64,000 nt of DNA, taken from positions 558,001-622,000 of the forward strand of contig LSRY02000006.1 in NCBI GenBank assembly GCA_001643675.2. The letters run 5' to 3'. Positions 12,117 through 23,421 of the stretch are shown here, one piece after another (positions within the stretch are counted from its first letter, which is position 1; every line of letters begins with the position of its first letter). Below the pieces are notes generated by a model that worked only from the letters and a program-made list of their open reading frames with translations, ran no database searches and was not told the origin of the DNA. The stretch is from Monocercomonoides exilis PA203 (taxonomy: Eukaryota; Protista; Preaxostyla). The position numbers were made by a program, and so were the translations under genes.

Positions 12117-14624
12117 TGGCTGTTGTTGAAGATGAAGTGAACGAAGCAGCAGCAGGCGGAGATAAGTCAAAAGGAGAATAAGCAGAAGAAGATGATGATG
12201 ATGAGGGTGAAAGAAAAGAAGAAGAAGGATGATTGTCAAATGAATGATTTTGAAATGGAGCAGTTTGAAATGCGTTTGATGTGCGGTGTGTGTTGCGGAG
12301 AGGAGGAGTGGAGAGAACAGAGAGCAAGTTGAAGAGCGATGGAGGAGAAGAAGAAGAAGAAGAAGAAGGCGAAGAATTCGAAGGAAAATTTGAAGGAGAA
12401 GAAGAAGAAGTCAAAGTTTGAGAAGAAGAAGGAGAAGGAGAAGAAGAGGAGCTGCTTTCTGGAGTGGCGAATTTAAGTGTAGAAGTCTGCTGTGTTGAGG
12501 GCATTGGATCAACAGAAGGAAGAGATTGAGAAGGATTTGAGGAGAAAGAGAAAGAGAAAGGAAAAGGAGAGGGAAAAGAAGAAGGAGAAGAAGAAGAAGG
12601 AGAAGAAGAAGAAGGAGAAGAAGAAGAAGGAGAAGAAGAAGAAGAGCGGGAAGATGAGGTTGGTGTGGTGAAAAGGGGGTGTGAAGAAGATTGGGATAAG
12701 AAGGGAAGGATTGAAGAAGGGGATAATGAAGAAGAAGATGGAGTTAGAGAGGAGGGAGAAAGAGATGAAAGAGAAGAAGAAGAGGAAGAAGAAGAGGAGG
12801 AAGAGGAGGAAGATGAATTAGACATAACAGGAACTGATGAAAAGGGAGAAAGTGAATGGGGTGTGGTGATTACAGAAGTTGGAGTTGAAGTGTTGTAAAC
12901 AGAAGATGATGAAGGAGAAAGTGAATGTGAAGGAGAGGAAGAGGAGGAGGAAGAAGAAGAAGAAGAAGGAGAAGTTACAGCAGAAGAAGTGGTTGGAGTA
13001 GAAAGTGAAGAGGAAGAAGAGGAAGAAGAGGAAGAGGAAGAAGAAGAATTTCGTTTGTCTGATGATTGGGGCGTGTGAAAGAATGGAGTGAGCTTCAGAG
13101 GTGTAGTGTACGTGAGAAAAGAAGAAGACGAAAGAAGAAGCGAAAATTCGTCTGAGTCAGACGAGAGAGAAGAAGAGGAAGAGGGAGAGGATGGAGATGG
13201 CTGGTGGGTTGTGGAAATGTTATGATCAGATGAAAGATTTGAAGAAGATGAAGAATCAGAAGAAGCTGAAGAAGTTGAAGAAGTTGAGGTGGATGTGTTG
13301 TGAATGGGAGCTAAAGCAGATGTGGATGATGTGAGTGAAGTCGGAGAAATCGAAGAAGTTGAAGAAGAAGAAGAAGAGGAAGAGGAAGATGAAGAGGAGG
13401 AGGATGAAGAAGATGATGTTGAATCATCGTTTGCGGAAATATCATGAATAGAAGAGTCAGATGTATTCGTGGAGTGATTGGATGTGGAGGAAGATGAAGT
13501 GGAACCAGAGATCGATTCAGAAGTTGCCTCGGGCTGTGATGGTGATTTGTTGGTTGTGTCTGAAGAGGAAGAAGAATTGTTTTTGTGAAATGAAAGCAGT
13601 TTCTGCCGAAGAGCAGGGGAAATGCGGTCTATAAGAATGCTCCTCAGAAGCGATGGGGTTGCTGAAGCAGGCTTTTGCACGGAAGGAGAAGTATTTTCTG
13701 TCAACTGAAAATTTGAAGTTGAATCTTTTTGAGTCTTTTTTTCTGATTCCTCTGTTTGTTTGTGATCGGGTTGTTGTACGATCTTCTTTCTTTCTGAGGA
13801 TTCTTTGTTCGATGCGGAAATGTCATCTTTCTGATTTTGATTATCTTGCTTTTTTAAATCGAGTTCAGATAATTTTGATACCATCGGTGGGTTTGACTCA
13901 AAAAATTGATCTGATTGAGGAGAAGCTTTCTTTTGTTCTACGCGCGGCGGGCGAAATGGAGGTATTGACTGAAGGTGAATTCCACGAGGTCCTTGCATTT
14001 GCTGAATTTTTCTTTGTTTAAATTGCTGAAACTGTAGGAAGCATGATGAAGGTTCAGACAAAGAAGTTTCAGATGAAAAATAATTAGATTGTGAAACCTG
14101 TACTTGCTGTCGTTGGCGCTGTTGTGGAAATGCACGAGATTGTGAAGTGGAATTTGTTCTACTTGACCAGATGAGATGAACAACAGACCCAGTTTGAAGT
14201 CCTTCAAAATATTAATAATATTGACGAAATTTTCAATAAAACCATGTTTATAAAAATTATTAGTTAATAAATTGATTTCATTTCATTTTAGAAACAAAAG
14301 CGTTAAAAGCAAAAAGAAAAATCGATATTTCATAAAAAATCAATATCAAGTTAAAATTAGCTTTTTGTAATATAAAATAAATAGCTAACCTAGGTCAGAT
14401 AAAGTCCGACCATCTGGGAGAACTCTGTCTCCGAGAAGAAGATGGATTCGGCTAGCTTCACAATTGTAGTGTCTTGCAAGCCCTCGTTTCATTTCACTTA
14501 CTTTCATGCTTTTATCAAAAAGCATGGTTTGAGATTTTAATCCAAAAGCCACAATGGTAATTGAAAGTACAACATCATCGCAATCACCACTAGAAACTGG
14601 TTGTTGCTTTGGCATTGATCTCAT
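1..14624 (-). CDS. Giant protein (>=~4,810 aa, 3' end outside window): N-terminal ubiquitin-like domain followed by Ser-rich and Glu/Asp/Arg-rich low-complexity sequence. Exon 1 14624-14390, intron 14389-14202, exon 2 14201 to <1
   Basis: Exon 1 encodes MRSMP...HLLLGDRVLPDGRTLSDL. Splicing GTTAG...TTTTGAAG (phase 1) gives ...TLSDLGLQTGSVVHLIWSS, which matches the ubiquitin-fold end (TLSDYNIQKESTLHLV). The exon-2 frame was stop-free in every stretch I translated (1-120, ~4020, ~6240, ~7140, ~9300, ~10020, 11160-11460, 13620-14200). The ORF track lists no minus-strand ORF in this frame, as expected for an ORF with no stop inside the window. Confidence 0.85.
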
Positions 14625-14930
14625 AAACCCTTAATGGAATGATGAGTGATCTTTACGAAAGATGTGAATGTCTTTTTTGAAAAATTCAAAAATACTTCAA
14701 ACGCTCAAGGAAGTGTTTAAGCAATAAAAAAATGAGAAATACAACGGTAATGGAAAACCGAGTTGAAAATGACGTTGTAAAAGAAAACTACGCAAAGCAA
14801 GAACAGAAGAAAAAGGAAATGCAAAAAGAATATATGTGTAATGAAAAATGTAGTTAGCATGACTTATCTCGTTTGTGTGTATTCATAAATATCTATTTAT
14901 TGCTTCTACTTCCTCCATTGGCTTGTTAGC

Positions 14931-16980
14931 TTAATCTGCTCTTCTGCTCTTTGATCTTGAACTTCCTTTCTTCTTTCTTTCAACTGGTGCAATATCCTCT
15001 TCCTCTTTCTGGCTTTTGGCTATCGACGATTTTTCTGTTTCACCTTTGACTTTTTTCTCTTTTGGTTTTGTTTCTTCTTCGTCTGCTTTCTCTTTCTTTG
15101 CTGCCTTTGGTGATTTTGAGGCTGCTGCCTTTTTGGCTGGCTTTTCTTTCTTTTCCTCTTTTTCTTCTTTCTTCTCTTCTTTCTTCTCTTCCTTCTTTTC
15201 TTCTTTCACTTCTTTTACTTCTTCTGATTCCTCTTCTTTTTCTTCTTTTTCCTCTGATTTCTCGCTTTCACTATCATCCTTTTTGCTTTCTTCGCTTGAT
15301 TCGCTTTCTTCTTTTTGTGTTTCCTCTCCGTTCAGTTCAGCTGGTTCTTCAGCATCCTTCTTTCCCTTGCAGCATCTTGCACAGCACATAATAGGCAAAA
15401 TGATCAGCCCAAAGGCAACAGTCACAGCACACAAGACTGCCAACAATGTGTTGTCCTGGCTCCAATCAACTGCCACATCCCTCAAAATCTCCAATTGTGT
15501 CTTGAAGTCCTGGCCTGACAGCTGCTTCAGAGCATCGCGACGTTGCTGTGCTTTGTTTTCTCTCTCAATCTTGTCAGCCACTTTCTGCTCCAACTTGTGG
15601 CGGGGGAGCCATGTCTCATTGGCAGCTTCCATAGCCTCTGCCAATGACTTTCCAATGTAGATGTTGTCAAACAGCGCATGTGGAGTAACCTGCAACAGAT
15701 CCAAGCCAATTCCCATAATTTCTCCGACAAGATGCAAATTCTCCGGAACAAAGTGATTCGGGTTCGGGATGTCTCTTGGCTTCCATTCGCCTTTGTATGC
15801 AGGGTTTGGAATCATTCTTGGCTTCCACTTTCCGCGATAGTTGGGGTTTCTGATCATTGGAGCTTCCCATTTGCCGCATCCGTGCAACTCGCACTCAGGG
15901 TTTGGAATCATAGGAATCACATATTCTCCATCTTCCTCATCATTCCATTCCTCTGGCTTCTTTGCAAGTGGATCCAGAATTTCAAGAGGTGTTGATTCGT
16001 CCCAGTCTTCTGGCTTTGTGGCATTTGGATCGCGAATCTCCACTGGTGCATCATCATCCCAGTCTTCTGGCTTCTTGTCATCGGGATCTGGAAGTTCTTT
16101 CTCGTCAACCCAATCCAAAGGCTTCAGTTCTTTGTAATCAGGAAGCATCTTTGGTGGCTCAAACGGTGGATCAAACAATGTATCTGAATGCAATGATCCG
16201 GACGATTCCAAGTTTCCATCAACATAGATTTCAAATTCATCGTTTTTGTTCAACACAAGACGATAAAGATGAGTCATGTTATCCCAAAGAGCTGTGGGTG
16301 GATCAACAAGTTGATGTTGACCCCATGTCTTAGACTTTGGATTGAATGTTCTGTAAATGAAGTGTATTTTGTTCTTTGAGCCACATTTGTCTGGGCCAAA
16401 CATAATCACGTATTTTGTGCTGTCATTAAATTCGGATGGTTCAAATTCTTGATTGATTAGCTTGATGTATGCCCCTCCGCAATCCCATGGTCCTTCTTGG
16501 ATTTTAACTTCATACTTAAGTCAAAGATGAAAAATTGAAATAAATTCATTCATATTCAAAAGAAAAAATCAACTATTTGAATTACCTGTACAACAAATTC
16601 ATCTCCGTCTGCGTTGAAATCAAATTTTGTTGAAATTCCATGGAATGCTCTTGGTGTTTGAGATACAAGACCTAAAGTCACACAGTTGTCAATGAATAAA
16701 ATGCAAATTTTCCGATGAAGGTATAAAATAAACCTTTGGATCCATCTGAAATAACATCATTGCTTCGAGGTTCAATTGCCCATGTACCATTGTAGTATGG
16801 ATCACTTGATTGAATCCATCGAGTCCCAATGCTGTCCTCTTCAAAAGGCTCGAAAAAGTTCATCTTAAAAAACAAAGGCAAATGGCATTCGCAAATTAGC
16901 CTTAATAGAAATCTAAATTAAAAATAAAAATAACATACATGAGCCGAAATAACTCCATAAATAAAAATTAACGGAAGCAT
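14931..16980 (-). CDS. CANX: Calnexin (ER lectin chaperone); introns 16938-16864, 16733-16672, 16585-16515
   Basis: The spliced model gives signal peptide MLPLIFIYGVISAH and motifs VVQYEVK, CGGAYIKL and IMFGPDKCG. It also has P-domain repeats (KPEDWD, GKWEAPMIRNPNYRGKW), a TM helix, a Cys cluster CCARCC and a basic tail ending SRRAD. All introns are GT-AG and frame-consistent. Confidence 0.96.
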
Positions 16981-17661
16981 TTTTTCTGACTTATGATCTT
17001 TCACCCCGCTATTTGTATCATTTGACATATTATTTCTGTTTGTAATAAGTTAATTTTAAAAAATGAGTTAAACAAGGTTAATTGAGATTTTAGAGATGAA
17101 TTTTAACAACTATTTTGAAGAAATACAATAATCATTATGATAATCTATTTTTCGTTTCGTACGTCAGAAGTTACAAAATGTTTTAAACTTTATCGAATTG
17201 GATGACTTTTTGAATGATAATATTTCGATTTTATTTCATAATAATGTTGATGATTTAGAAATTTCAATTTTTTTGCTATATGACTGTTCTTTTAACATTA
17301 TTAACCAGTCTGCATTGAATATGTAATCATTCTCATTTTTTTGTCTCCTGATAGTTATTTTCTTGAAAACAAATGCATTAGTTTTTCTATTCGCTGAGGA
17401 AACGCCACAACTTCTCTTTAGCACATGATTTTGAAATTTCTTGATATTTTTCATTAAAAAAAATATTCTTTAACAAATTTTTTGTTTTTGTTTATTGTTT
17501 TGCGTGATTTTAATTAGAACAACTTCACGCTATGAGTAATCGAAAATGAATTGTATTTTGAAAAATATATCTATTTCGGTGTATTATTTATTTCGCATTG
17601 TATGTTCAATTATTAATGCTTTTGAATAAAGTTTTCTTTTAATTATAATTGAAAGTTTTAA

Positions 17662-17685
17662 ATCTCTCTTTCTCTTTCTTTCTTT

Positions 17686-17739
<54 letters not shown>
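17662..17739 (+). repeat. (CT)n microsatellite followed by a ~30-nt poly-T tract
   Basis: Directly visible in the intergenic sequence. Confidence 0.9.
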
Positions 17740-17740
<1 letters not shown>

Positions 17741-18109
17741 AAACTTCATAATGAAAATATCTACTTGAAACACCTGATACAAGAGCTGCTGTTTGACACT
17801 ATGTTTGATAAAAAATCTTTGGTTTTGTAAGAAGCGAATGTAAAAAGCTGTAAAAGACAATAATTATAATTGATACGAAAACAAAAAACACTTAACATTA
17901 CGTAGTTTGAGCAACAAAATGTTTTGCCATAAAAAAATATATTGACATTAAGATAATTCCCATAAATAATCAAAGAAAACACGCAAACCAAAATATGATA
18001 TGAAATACAGTTTCGGTATGTGATAATTATTACTGTTTTTAATTTAAATTCAAAAATCGATGCACTTTAAGAAGTTTATTTTATTTCTTGTTCCTTATTG
18101 TTGGATTTA

Positions 18110-21100
18110 TTAGTTTGAAGAAGAAGAGGAGGAAGAGGAAGAGGAAGAAGAAGAAGAAGGTGATGACGTTCTTGATAATGATTTATTCTCTTTATTTTGA
18201 TTGCTTTCTTGGACGGAAGCTGTTTTCCCTTCGAGTCCTTCCGTCCAAGTGTAAGCATATCCAGTGTAATTAGATGTATTTGTTTCCTTATTCTTCGATT
18301 TTTTTGACAAGTTCTTTTTTGTCATTTCATCTGATGAAGATGCCTGCTGACTTGCCGAAGCAGCGGAAGAAGAGGAAGAAGCAGAAGCAGAAGCAGAAGA
18401 GGAAGCAGATCCCAGATATTCAAGAAGAGGATTGGCATCGAAATCTCCATTGGAAAGCTGAGGTGACATTTCAGGAGATGCAAATTTCCCATCAGCTAAT
18501 GCTGCTTTTACACCGGCCTTACTCCTTCCAGAATCATGCAGCTTGCCTTTCTTGAACCCAACTTCTTTCAACAGATCTGTCTCAATAGAATCTACATCCC
18601 ACTCGTCTTCATCTTCATCAAACGAAGCATCGTTGGTGGAAATAAACGGAATCGTTGTGGCTCCTTCGCTTTCAGCTAACTCTTTCTTTGGAGAAGTAAG
18701 TCCCTGCTTTCTTTTCTTCTTAATGTCTTTCACTTTCTTTGCACGAGTTATCAGCTCTCGCTCTCTGATGACTGTATCGACAGTTGGCTTGAACTGCCTC
18801 TTCACCCATTTAATCGCATAAGGCGGGACAAGACAAATGACAGGAGAAACAATAATGTACATCCAATATGTTAGAGACATGCAGTTTCTCCAAAACGAGC
18901 CTGTCATCGCTGGCTGCACACCAACATTGAAGATAATCGCAACCAAAAACCACGCAGCAAATGAAAGAATCACAATAAGCCAGTGGATCCACAGGAATAC
19001 GTTAAACTCAAGGCACAGCTTCAATGTGACAGTAATTATAGTCGCAGTGCAGACGGCATTGCCAAAGAACCAAATGTCCTCAGCCTTGCCATCCCACTGA
19101 ATGAGTGTCTCAAACATAAACATGGCAATAAAGAAGTTCGCAAAAGAACACCAAATCCCATCCGCAATCCATCTCACAAATGTTCCAGTTGTTGCTGCTC
19201 TTCCTAATCTTCCGAGCGCATACGTTCCAGGCAGCTTCGCCATTCTGTTTGGTGGCATCTCTTTATCACCCAGACCATGCACAACAATTGGAGCTACAGT
19301 AAAAATCAAATTGAACAGAGATATAAACCATGACTCATACATGGACTGCCCAGAAAAACCATTGAACCATCCAAACCACAAATTTGTGATTGTGAATGCA
19401 AAGTTTTTATAAAATGAATAAAGCACAACAAGCGAAAGACGGTTGTAGCTCAGCCTTCCATGAACAAGTAGCAGCCTCTGCAGAAATCGAAACTGGGCAA
19501 TGGAATAGTCTGAGGACATAACAGCCTGCATCCCTTCGTTTCCGCTAATTCCAACACCCACATGTGCTCGCTGGATCATTGGCACGTCATTCGCCCCGTC
19601 ACCAATGGAAAGTGTGGTTGCATCGCTGTTGTCGCGAATGGCGCCCACAACATCAGCCTTCTGCTTCGGAGACACTCTGCAGCAGATCACCACACCACAC
19701 TTCATACATACAGAAAGTGTTTCTGAGATCACTTCATCAGACAAGCAGTAAGTCAAAGCTGATCCTTCAATCACTAACGCATATTTCATAAAGTGTGATG
19801 CTGGGATGGTGGCAAACACATGTGCCAGCTCATTTATCTGTTTCTTGATAACTGAAGTATCCTTTCCAGATACAACCATCATTTGCATCTCCGGAGTTAG
19901 CAATTTGCATGCAAAGCCAATGTTGATGGCCGTTTCCTGCTTGTCTCCTGTAAGCACCCAAACTTTAATTCCTGCATTTCTCAACACCTCAATGCAATCT
20001 GGCACGCCTTCCTGAAGCTTATCTTCGATTGCTGTCGCGCCAATCAGTTCCAATTCAACTTCTATTTCAGCAGCTACTGCATCCACTTTTGCTTGCCTGT
20101 CATCCAATGCATTAAGTGCTGCTTGATACTTACTCTCCCACTCTTCAAACTCTGCCTCGGAATCTATATCTCGCTTGGCCAATACAAGGGTTCTCAACCC
20201 TTCAGCAGCATATCCTTTCATATGATCGAGCGTTGCTTCTAATATCCGACTATCCGTCTTTTCCTTCGAAAGCAATGGAATCATCGTGGCATCAGCGCCT
20301 TTTGAATAAACTCTGATCTTTTCATTTGGCAATCTCACAATTTCTGAATTCCTTTTTCTGTCAGAATTGAACTCGAGTACATACAGCACATCAAATCTCA
20401 CTTCAACTTTTCCGTTTTCGTCTGGTTGTGGCATTGGAGAGCTTCCTCCCTCGTACAGTTCCTGTGCAGCAAAAGCAGGCATCCGCACAACGTAGCTCTT
20501 TTTCTCCTTTCCTCTGAACTCAAATCCAACCTTTGCGGCTGCATCAACAAGAGCTCCTTCGTCTGGCGAAGCAGCTTTGTAGACCAACTTTCCAGGGAAG
20601 GTGATGATATCTTCTGCTGTCGGTGTCCCTTCACCTTTTTTCATTCCCTTGGGAATTTCTGCAAGGCATGTGTGACATACAGATAAGTTTGTGAAGAAGT
20701 TGATTATGTTCCTTCTATCTGTCATACGTTCTTGTTTGCTCTCAAATGTTTCTTCACCCATTGTCCCGTCTTCTTTATCTTCTTGATTCAGAATAGCCAT
20801 CATTGAATCGTCTTCGAATCCTCGCCCAGTTGGTTTTGCATCTTTTATTCCGTTTCTCCGCATCTCCGTTGCTTTGATCTCAGATATGCCCTTCCCGTAC
20901 ATCTTTCCACCAATTGAGCACTTAAAAAATTCCATTATATTCTGTGTAAGCGTACCAGTTTTATCTGAGAACACGTACTCAATCATTCCGAGGGACTCAT
21001 TCAGATTTGATGTTCTGGCATTAGCTCTTGTGTTAGTCTGCTCATGATACATTTTTCGATCACAATTAATGAACAGAACCTGCCCAAGTTTCACCACTTC

Positions 21101-22117
21101 AAGTGTTACATACAGCGAAATCGGGATTAATGTATTAAACAGAATAACATGCGTTAAAAATGATATTGCTCCTCGTTCTCCTGCGTTTTCTTCGACTGCT
21201 TTTAAATACCAATGATCTTTGACACGTAAATAAAATATCCCACACATTATTGCACAAAAGAGGCAAAACAATATCTGAAAACCAAATGCAATAAAAACAA
21301 AGATATTCAGAATTTTTTCAAGTTTTGTCTTCTTTCTCGGAGACTTTCCAGAATTTTTCATAATTTTCGTTTCATGACCAGTATAAACAACAATCCCATA
21401 CACAAATGGGGTATTACGTAGAGAGCACGAACGCAATACAACATTTGAGTTATCAATTGCAATGTCTTTACTTCCTTCCATTTTTAGCACTCCTCCGAAC
21501 ACATAAAGGTGTGGATTAGGCTCATCACATGTAATAGAACCAAACAATTTTCCTGGACCTTGTTCAAGGCATGCTTGATTCGTTTCAAATTGTATGGATT
21601 GCTTAGTTTTTAAGTTTGTTTCTCCATCAAGATTTGTTGTTTCAATGTTGAACATTCCTTGATCAAGAGGCGAATAAAAAACAACAATATCTGCAGGTAT
21701 TAGTTGGTCACACTCAACTTTCACAAAATCTCCAACTTTTACATCTTTCCATTTTGTTTTAATCCAGCTATTCTCCATCCACACTTGTGTCTCCTTCCCG
21801 TTTGCAGCCCTATCACTTGAATATCTCCTCAAGTCTTCAAGAAGATCTTTTGCCATTGTAACAATAATAACAAATACTAAAGGCAAAATTGAAGTCACAG
21901 GATCTAATGTTGTTAATCCCGGAATAACCTGGAGAATGGCAATAAGTAAAAAGTAATCATTGGCCAATCTGCAAAATTGTTCGAATAAATTCTTCGGCAG
22001 AAATGTAAATACGTTATATTTTGTTGTACTTACAAAATTGTTTTTGTACTTAATTGGTTGAGGTTGTCCAATAAGAATTTCTCGATGTGTATTTCGCTCT
22101 TTTTGTTGAGGAGACAT
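18110..22117 (-). CDS. P4-type ATPase (phospholipid flippase, ATP8/Drs2/Dnf-like), intronless; probable start MSPQQ at 22117
   Basis: Motifs NFVSTTKYN, NLDGETNLK, PISLY, DKTGTLT, SPDEGALV, FNSDRKR, LTGDKQETAINI, CCRVSPKQK and IGDGANDVPMI. The ORF-track extension to 22285 is AT-rich and UTR-like. Confidence 0.96.
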   Translation of the reverse strand: MSPQQKERNTHREILIGQPQPIKYKNNFVSTTKYNVFTFLPKNLFEQFCRLANDYFLLIAILQVIPGLTTLDPVTSILPLVFVIIVTMAKDLLEDLRRYSSDRAANGKETQVWMENSWIKTKWKDVKVGDFVKVECDQLIPADIVVFYSPLDQGMFNIETTNLDGETNLKTKQSIQFETNQACLEQGPGKLFGSITCDEPNPHLYVFGGVLKMEGSKDIAIDNSNVVLRSCSLRNTPFVYGIVVYTGHETKIMKNSGKSPRKKTKLEKILNIFVFIAFGFQILFCLFCAIMCGIFYLRVKDHWYLKAVEENAGERGAISFLTHVILFNTLIPISLYVTLEVVKLGQVLFINCDRKMYHEQTNTRANARTSNLNESLGMIEYVFSDKTGTLTQNIMEFFKCSIGGKMYGKGISEIKATEMRRNGIKDAKPTGRGFEDDSMMAILNQEDKEDGTMGEETFESKQERMTDRRNIINFFTNLSVCHTCLAEIPKGMKKGEGTPTAEDIITFPGKLVYKAASPDEGALVDAAAKVGFEFRGKEKKSYVVRMPAFAAQELYEGGSSPMPQPDENGKVEVRFDVLYVLEFNSDRKRNSEIVRLPNEKIRVYSKGADATMIPLLSKEKTDSRILEATLDHMKGYAAEGLRTLVLAKRDIDSEAEFEEWESKYQAALNALDDRQAKVDAVAAEIEVELELIGATAIEDKLQEGVPDCIEVLRNAGIKVWVLTGDKQETAINIGFACKLLTPEMQMMVVSGKDTSVIKKQINELAHVFATIPASHFMKYALVIEGSALTYCLSDEVISETLSVCMKCGVVICCRVSPKQKADVVGAIRDNSDATTLSIGDGANDVPMIQRAHVGVGISGNEGMQAVMSSDYSIAQFRFLQRLLLVHGRLSYNRLSLVVLYSFYKNFAFTITNLWFGWFNGFSGQSMYESWFISLFNLIFTVAPIVVHGLGDKEMPPNRMAKLPGTYALGRLGRAATTGTFVRWIADGIWCSFANFFIAMFMFETLIQWDGKAEDIWFFGNAVCTATIITVTLKLCLEFNVFLWIHWLIVILSFAAWFLVAIIFNVGVQPAMTGSFWRNCMSLTYWMYIIVSPVICLVPPYAIKWVKRQFKPTVDTVIRERELITRAKKVKDIKKKRKQGLTSPKKELAESEGATTIPFISTNDASFDEDEDEWDVDSIETDLLKEVGFKKGKLHDSGRSKAGVKAALADGKFASPEMSPQLSNGDFDANPLLEYLGSASSSASASASSSSSAASASQQASSSDEMTKKNLSKKSKNKETNTSNYTGYAYTWTEGLEGKTASVQESNQNKENKSLSRTSSPSSSSSSSSSSSSSSN

Positions 22118-22599
22118 TTTTGTTGAATAATTATGGCTCTTCAAGAAAAAAAGGGAAAAGTTGTTTTGCTTTCGCATTCCATTTATATCATCACAATCAT
22201 AATGAATTATCTCATTTAAAAGAAAGAATGAAATGAATCTTTTTAAAGTTTCTTTTCTTTTTTTTATTTTTTTTAAAAAAAACAATGAGAAACAAAGTCC
22301 ATCTAATCATAAACATATTTTTGATCAATTGCATTGAAACGTAAGTTGATTTTGTCTATCTTTAAAAAGTAGATTTAAAAATTTAACACAGGCAGATATA
22401 AGAAGAAGAAAGAGGACAACATTCCTCACTCAAAATAATCTTCAACCATTCGGCGTGTGACAGATATGTATTGTCTGTGCCAATCTCCAAATAATTAAAG
22501 ATTCAACGGAAATAAATTGAGATAAGTGAATGACAAAGTACTGCAGAATGCAAAATAGGAAAAGTAGAAGGTGGTGAAAAGGATCTGCAAAGAAAGAGT

Positions 22600-23421
22600 C
22601 TTTACAGATGAATCATACAGTTCACAAAACAATAGAAATAATTACGAAGAAGAGTATGACTATATAAATTAAACAACATTTGCAAGAATTATGAAAATAG
22701 TTGATAAAGCGAAAGAAAAATACCTTTATTGCAGCCATCCAATCTTTCATCTCTTCCATGGAATCCGCATAAACAAAAAATTGCTTCTTTTTCTCGTCAG
22801 AAGGATAGTATATATTGAATGAATAAGGTTTTTGAGTTTGCTCTCGAGCTTCACGAACATCGCATCCCCGAAGATCAAGCATTCCTTTCTCTTTTGTATC
22901 GGTCTATATTACGTTTTATTAAAATTTAATATCATAAAATATTAATGTTATTTTCTATGCAAACCTTTGATCCAAAATAATATAGCACCCCATCGCGCAA
23001 GACAAACCATCGCCTTTTCCAATTCTTGACGATATGCCCTAATAAATGAAAAATTAAGTGACAAAAGTTTTCAACCAAGTTAATTTTTGTTAAATAATTT
23101 GCAATATTTCTGAAACCTTCTTTTGTTAGCCATCCTTCTTTCGGACCTGCTGGATTTTTCGTTCCCTAAAAAAAGTAAAGAATATTGAGTAAATAAAATA
23201 AAATACGTTTAAAATACCGCCCCTCCTTCGCCTTCAGAAACTTCTTTGACAAAATTGTAAGGGAAAAGGCCAACAACACCGGCAAGCTCTCCTTTCCACA
23301 TTCCGCTTGGGTGTTTGTCGAGAAGGGTAATGACATCACCTTCTTTAAATGTAAGTTCATTAGGTACACGAGCTTGAAAATCAAATAACGCTTCAAGACG
23401 AATTGGACCTTCTCCTGACAT
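22600..23421 (-). CDS. Small SH3 + PH domain adaptor; introns 23217-23166, 23116-23039, 22964-22904 and a donor at 22723; last exon and stop not resolved
   Basis: SH3: ALFDFQARVPNELTFKEGDVI...WKG...GLFPYNFV. After splicing, PH: [30 protein letters not shown]...KGMLDL...FFVYADSMEEMKDWMAAIK. Confidence 0.88.

Noticed and set aside
1-14200. Dozens of 60-295-aa ORFs in the track (poly-F, poly-M/K, poly-H, EGEGE types)
   Set aside because: They are antisense or off-frame shadows of the microsatellite-rich giant minus-strand exon.
17000-18100. Short ORFs and a CKSC motif in the calnexin/flippase spacer
   Set aside because: No consistent spliced model could be built, there are multiple stops, and the region is very AT-rich.
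22118-22285. 56-aa N-terminal extension of the P4-ATPase ORF
   Set aside because: It has a non-ATG start and poly-A/T composition. MSPQQ at 22117 sits just before the conserved N-terminal motif.
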